A stretch of 53,338 bases of DNA from Octopus bimaculoides (taxonomy: Eukaryota), in the NCBI RefSeq assembly GCF_001194135.2, contig NC_068982.1, positions 190,517,549-190,570,886 on the forward strand, written 5' to 3'. A model generated the notes under the pieces. The model was not told the DNA's origin. It ran no database searches and saw only the letters and a program-made list of their open reading frames with translations. A program made the position numbers and the translations under genes. Numbering within the stretch: the stretch's first letter is position 1; every line of letters begins with the position of its first letter. This document shows positions 47,560 to 53,338 of the stretch, piece after piece.

Positions 47560-48060
47560 TCACCAGCGTATCGACCGTATAAATTTCACCAAAATCTATT
47601 AAAACTAAAAAGGTACTTACTGGTGTTAACGGATATGGAATTGTCACAATCTGAAAAGAAGAGAAATACAAGAAGAGAAATATTTTATATACAATGGAAG
47701 ATATTGATACTTAATTTATATACCTATATATTGTTACCGTACGTTATTCTAATAGCGAAAGATTGTCTTCGACCTAAATGAGGTTGGATTAAAATTATTT
47801 GAGATATATAGAAATATTTTTCGATAGTTGTAGATTCTACTTAATTATTTTGTCCGTTATAATTTTGTTAGTTTTTAATTGTAATTGAGATGTAGTTGAA
47901 TGGCTAACGCTTATAATACATAGGCATTTGAATGAATTTTTTTTCACACGGAATTTCGTCTATCTTTAAACCTAAGCTCTGATGAGATTTATATAAGAGA
48001 ACTGAATTGCTTATATATCAAAAAATGTATGTAAGTCGAAACAAATTGCTGGCTTTTTCT
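47560..48060 (+). mobile_element. Possible Penelope-like 3' end terminating in a hammerhead variant (47974-48055)
   Basis: Weak RRE.FYIQ..LILN remnant; aagct-CTGATGA-gattt..aagtc-GAAAC-aaatt-GCT-ggctt. Confidence 0.5.
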
Positions 48061-48187
48061 GGGTTTTTTTAATGATTTTTTAATGTTATGTTATCTTATA
48101 TTATATTATATTCATAGTATATTATGTTATATTATAGAATAAATAAATTATTGGATTGTCAATTGTATCTCTCTATTTAATTCATTG

Positions 48188-48235
<48 letters not shown>

Positions 48236-48277
48236 CATACATACATATATATATATATATATGTGGGGGGGGTGTAA

Positions 48278-48400
48278 AGCAAATAAGTAACAAGGGTGTC
48301 CAGGTATCAGTGCATTATTACAGCCGTGTTTCAAATGGCTTCACTTAATCGGTCAATGAAAACATTACATCAATTTAAAATAAACCGCTCTCCACGGTCA
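48278..48400 (+). repeat. Single diverged arm of the 42.7-kb palindrome family
   Basis: aagcaaataagtaacaagggtgtccaggtatcagtgcatta..cagccgtgtttcaaatggcttcactta aligns with 42715-42800. Confidence 0.8.
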
Positions 48401-48879
48401 CAGACGACCATAGAGATTTACAACATAAAGGATAAACCATTATTTTTTTTTTCACAAATTTTCATCAGTACAAGAGTCTAAAATAATTACATTGTTTCCT
48501 CTTGCTATTTTTGTGGCCGAATGAATTAAGGAAAAATGTATACCTGAAGCCTACTTTAATTTAGGGTGACAGAAGGAAATAATGGCGGGGCCAAGAAAGA
48601 GGAATGGTGATAGAGCTACATTTAGATGCATCTTCATCACATTCAAACGACTTAATGCAGCATGTTGTCTACAAGTCCTTAGAATTAAATCCATCGGGAA
48701 TTGACACTTTCTGAGGAGAGCAATAATTTAATGTCAGATACTCTCCCCGGTCGCTATATTACTGGGACCATATATCCAGCCCTTATCTACATAAAGGGAT
48801 ATATCTCAGAGTTGCTAGTGAGATAATGACAGTCAGAGAAGAGGTGATAGCCAGAAAGAGTAAGGACAGGAGTGGCTCA

Positions 48880-49310
48880 GCATATTATGATTATCAAATA
48901 AAAGGGACATAAATTAGAAAACAAAAGGGTCAAAATGAGTTCTAAGTGTGAGAATTAAAAGTAAGGGTAACGCGATGCATCCAAACTTAGCAAAAATTAT
49001 ATATGAAGAATTTAGAAAAAGATTTTAGAACTATGTAAGAGAAAAAGGATAGATAAATCAACCTAAACCCTTAAAAGTAGGGTACTTTAATATATAAGAG
49101 AAAGAAGATAGGGTCTTTTCCTCGCATATTGCTAAGGTGGCCATGCTAAAACTATTCAGCAATGAACATATAATGAAACTAAGATATCATCAGAGTAGGG
49201 TTACACAGTTTATATTAAATCAACACTAGAGATTAAAGGCTAAAAAATAAGATAAATTTACATAAAAAAACTTTGAAAAAAGCATGAAAGGATACAAGAA
49301 GGTATAAAAA
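48880..49310 (+). mobile_element. Possible L1/Tx1-like LINE 3' coding remnant
   Basis: A-rich coding-like remnant IAKVAMLK..KLRYH; weak motif resemblance only. Confidence 0.3.
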
Positions 49311-50339
49311 TACCGCATGTATATATACATAAAAATATCATATGTATAAAGAATTTTATAGAATTTATGAAATATATAACGCAATTATGTGTGTATATAT
49401 ATATATATATNNNNNNNNNNNNNNNNNNNNNNNNNNNNNNNNNNNNNNNNNNNNNNNNNNNNNNNNNNNNNNNNNNNNNNNNNNNNNNNNNNNNNNNNNN
49501 NNNNNNNNNNNNNNNNNNNNNNNNNNNNNNNNNNNNNNNNNNNNNNNNNNNNNNNNNNNNNNNNNNNNNNNNNNNNNNNNNNNNNNNNNNNNNNNNNNNN
49601 NNNNNNNNNNNNNNNNNNNNNNNNNNNNNNNNNNNNNNNNNNNNNNNNNNNNNNNNNNNNNNNNNNNNNNNNNNNNNNNNNNNNNNNNNNNNNNNNNNNN
49701 NNNNNNNNNNNNNNNNNNNNNNNNNNNNNNNNNNNNNNNNNNNNNNNNNNNNNNNNNNNNNNNNNNNNNNNNNNNNNNNNNNNNNNNNNNNNNNNNNNNN
49801 NNNNNNNNNNNNNNNNNNNNNNNNNNNNNNNNNNNNNNNNNNNNNNNNNNNNNNNNNNNNNNNNNNNNNNNNNNNNNNNNNNNNNNNNNNNNNNNNNNNN
49901 NNNNNNNNNNNNNNNNNNNNNNNNNNNNNNNNNNNNNNNNNNNNNNNNNNNNNNNNNNNNNNNNNNNNNNNNNNNNNNNNNNNNNNNNNNNNNNNNNNNN
50001 NNNNNNNNNNNNNNNNNNNNNNNNNNNNNNNNNNNNNNNNNNNNNNNNNNNNNNNNNNNNNNNNNNNNNNNNNNNNNNNNNNNNNNNNNNNNNNNNNNAA
50101 TGTTTATTATCAATGTTACAACCGTTTTCGGCATATTTTACTTTCTCACGATCAGATTAAATCAAAAAATAAATTTAGTTTTTAATTCTTTCTTGAACGA
50201 ATCTTCACGGAGAAATGGTATTCAACTTCAGAGAATTATTGCTGATCGAACAGGAATTTCCTGCTTTCGATTGTCAGATAAATTTATTCGATCTTTTTCC
50301 TCCACTTGGCAGTCATCGCCATATTTGTGAAAAGAAGTT

Positions 50340-50408
50340 TGAAGGTACGTAGCTTAGAAGTTACGGTATTCGGCCTAGAAATGTAAGATTTTGAGTTCGA
50401 TTCCCAGC
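50340..50408 (+). mobile_element. tRNA-like SINE head (family C type)
   Basis: gaaggtacgtagcttagaagttacggtattcggc..tgagttcgattcccagc. Confidence 0.55.
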
Positions 50409-50510
50409 GATACACACACATACATACGCACACACACATACACACACACACAAATATATATATATATTTATATACACACATACACACAAATACACTCACA
50501 CACACACACA

Positions 50511-50568
<58 letters not shown>

Positions 50569-50645
50569 ATAAAACTCAAGTTCGGTAATCAATTATCTTT
50601 ACATACTCATACAGTAATAAATTCGACTTAAATGCGTCTATAATT

Positions 50646-50687
<42 letters not shown>

Positions 50688-50821
50688 GTAAATGAACTGG
50701 GAGAAAGAAGTAAAAGTATCCAATGGCATCTCTTTGTACGACATATACCCATAAAGGTTCATTAAAAATGGCTTCCTCTGAAGATATCGGTGATATAAAC
50801 AATATACAAGGGCTACAAATG

Positions 50822-51189
50822 AACACCGAAAGCGCATTGCGTGCTTCTATCGCTGGTCACTTAGTTGCTGCTGTAAAGTGCCCATCTCTGTGAGGAATCT
50901 TTATTAAAATCCATGGTGAAAAGGGGGAGCGAGCTGGCAGAATCGTTAGCACGCCGGACAAAACGTTTAGTGGCATTTCGTCCGTCCTTACGTTCTGAGT
51001 TCAAATTCCTCCGAGGTCGATTTTACCTTTGATCCTTTCGGGGCCGATAAAATAAGTCCCAGTCGAGGATTGAGATCAGCGTAATCGACTTAACTCCTCC
51101 CCCGGAATTGTTGGCCATGAGCTAAAACTGGAAGCCAATATTCATGGTTCAAAGGGTAATTAAATAAAATGAAGTCTAGTTATTGACTG
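50822..51189 (+). repeat. Duplicated block copy 2 (contains a more complete SINE A)
   Basis: See 40887-41216. This copy retains two segments missing from copy 1. Confidence 0.9.
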
Positions 51190-51409
51190 GCAACTTTGAT
51201 TCGACATGCTGAATGAGACAAAGGCTAAATTCACCAAAACTAAAAAAAAAAAACACAAACAATTAAGAATTTTGACGATATTTCATTTCTTTGTAGGTTT
51301 TCCAGCTTCTAAACCAATTATTGTCATTGTGAAACTGGTGTGCAGACATCATGTTGACAGGTTCTGGTTTCGAGAAGCGAATACAAACTACTTCACTTCA
51401 TTCATATTA

Positions 51410-51733
51410 TTAGGTTGTCAAGAAAGTTCTTGCGGAATTTTTAATTTTGGTTTTAAATGATGTATTTTCAAATTAATTTTCGTTAAATTACTTTATATAT
51501 CATCTCAAAACGCGTTTTTTGCTCTATCTAATTGTGCTACTCTTTTATTTTTTGAATAATTAGGGCAGAACGCAGGCTTTTTACGCAACTGACATAAATA
51601 AACTTGTTTCGCGTTGGCAAAAGTATGTTGATTCTGATGGCGTTTATTTCAATTAATAAAGTTTTGTTTGAGCCGAGATATGTGCATCTGAACTTAAAGG
51701 TTAAAAACCACAAGAACCTTTGTGACAACCTAA
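51410..51733. mobile_element. 324-bp mariner-derived MITE with TA target-site duplications
   Basis: TA|ttaggttgtcaagaaagttcttgcgg ... ccacaagaacctttgtgacaacctaa|TA. Confidence 0.85.
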
Positions 51734-52030
51734 TAACAAAATACATGGCAAATGGGTCAACGAAAGATCTTCTATGCAGTCGTTTTACCTCCTAGAAATA
51801 GCAACAAACTCTCACTTTGAAATATTTTATCACTTTTAAAGGGGGAAAGATTGACTCGGTGGAAGGCCCGAGATTTTGAAGGTGAGGGGAGAAGTCAATT
51901 ATGTCAACCACAGTGAAGAAAGGGAAATGTAACGTCTGCGGTTGATGAAGTGTGACCATTAAACCGCTATTGAAACACTTCGCTAACAAAGCAGCTTCTT
52001 GCGTGAATTGCTGAGGAAATCGCCCGGATT

Positions 52031-52197
<167 letters not shown>

Positions 52198-52372
52198 GTG
52201 TATACACTCATATATGTATATTTATAAAAATGTATATTAATATTTGCTTTTATGTTATAATAAAAAAATTATTTTACATTATATTGAACGATTCCTCAGT
52301 ACATTTGTTGAGTACAAATTATTCTTTGATAAACTCGGCGGTGAAATCGAGGTTACCGCCAGCTAAGCCATC

Positions 52373-52376
<4 letters not shown>

Positions 52377-52469
<93 letters not shown>

Positions 52470-52476
52470 TGTGTGT
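52377..52476. repeat. (TG)n microsatellite
   Basis: About 50 units. Confidence 0.97.
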
Positions 52477-52479
52477 AAT

Positions 52480-52790
52480 TATTCATTTTTTTTTCAAGAT
52501 TTCTTGCAAATAGAGAAAGAGCCAGTTTCTAACCTGGATTCAGGGCTCCTTCATTGGAATTTCAACATCAACAACAGGGTCTTTTTGTTTGTATGTATGT
52601 ATGTGTGTGTGTGTATATGTGCAGATCCGTATGTTTTGTTTTATGTATGTCTTCTCATGCATATATTTGCATATCTAGACATGCTCATATATATTTAAAT
52701 GATAAATTTCTGCAAAGTTTTACACATTTTTACAGTTCCAGTGATGGATTTGATCTGTAGTCGTCGAACCAGCTTTTTCTTTTCTGTATT
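52480..52790 (-). mobile_element. RLE-type LINE 3' end, same family as 27028-27475
   Basis: Shared UTR cctgttgttgatgttgaaattccaatgaag and coding end RRLQIKSITGTVK. Confidence 0.82.
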
Positions 52791-52844
52791 TGTGGGTTCT
52801 TATTTCTTTGTTCTTGTAAATATGTATGTATATATGTATGTATG

Positions 52845-53338
52845 TCTCTTCTAATTGCTTAATTATCATAAATCATCCACTGAGACGGGGGCTGGTTTCC
52901 AACAAAAATATAAGGTTCCATCTTTGGCATGTAGTTATCACAGACAAATTCAGGTTTGGAAATTGAGAAAAGTCTTTCATATTTTTACTGTTCCACTAAC
53001 ACATTGTACGAATTATCCGGTCAATTTCTCTTTCTGAAAATCCCAGTTTATCCAGATTCTCTTTAAGCATTTACTAACAAAACCTAGTGCTCCAGTTATT
53101 ATTGGTAGGAATATGAATTCGTAGTCTGGATATAGAAGCTAGAGGTTTCGAAGCAGTCTTTTCTCTTTGATTTCAAAGAGATATTTATATCTGCAGGGCA
53201 GCTGACCTCTATGACAGTACATACCTTCGCCCCTCTGTCTCAAACAACAATATCCGACCTGTTATGCTTACATTTGACAGACACTTTTATGGGAATATTC
53301 CATCAGTATTCCTAGAGTTGGTATTTACGAATGTATTC
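52845..53338 (-). mobile_element. RLE-type LINE 3' coding end (continues beyond the window)
   Basis: CKHNR(S)DIVV*DRGAKVCTVIEVSCPADINI..LYPDYEFIFLPIITGALG..SGTVKI*KTFLNF. Confidence 0.85.

Noticed and set aside
12014-50330. Long ORFs of 150-420 aa consisting mostly of X
   Set aside because: They are translations of N gaps (for example 12.0-12.7, 22.4-23.3, 23.7-24.6, 44.7-45.2 and 49.4-50.1 kb).
51296-51460. Strong plus-strand acceptor followed by an open frame (GFPASKPII..)
   Set aside because: No good donor, and the frame runs into a mariner MITE.

Overview
Eukaryotic, AT-rich, repeat-dominated DNA from a gapped short-read assembly (11 N-runs, about 5.5 kb). The SINE families, the RLE/CR1/RTE/Penelope/mariner mix and the very high microsatellite load suggest an octopus (coleoid cephalopod) genome; this is inferred from recalled repeat types, not a database result. 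No complete gene is present. One well-supported internal coding exon lies on the minus strand (47048-47345, AG/GTAAGT-bounded) and encodes a variant chitin-binding type-2 (peritrophin-A/CBM14-like) domain plus the start of a second one, so at least part of the window is probably intron. The rest is decayed transposons: a stack of R4/Dong-like LINE 3' ends in (TAA)n, CR1-like, RTE-like and RLE-type LINE pieces, several mariner/maT relics (two with inverted junctions), about 15 tRNA-derived SINEs and a cluster of Penelope-like (GIY-YIG/RT) fragments. Signals the ORF track does not show: a family of minimal type-I hammerhead ribozyme motifs (one with an intact core and GUC site at 25579-25684, minus strand; an inverted pair at 45.2-45.5 kb), a pre-miRNA-sized hairpin (30448-30533), a 260-bp spacerless palindrome, a perfect 53-bp inverted repeat, a SINE/tRNA-Glu chimera and a SINE-containing block duplicated about 10 kb apart on either side of the exon. 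All family assignments come from motifs read by eye, and many repeat boundaries are approximate.
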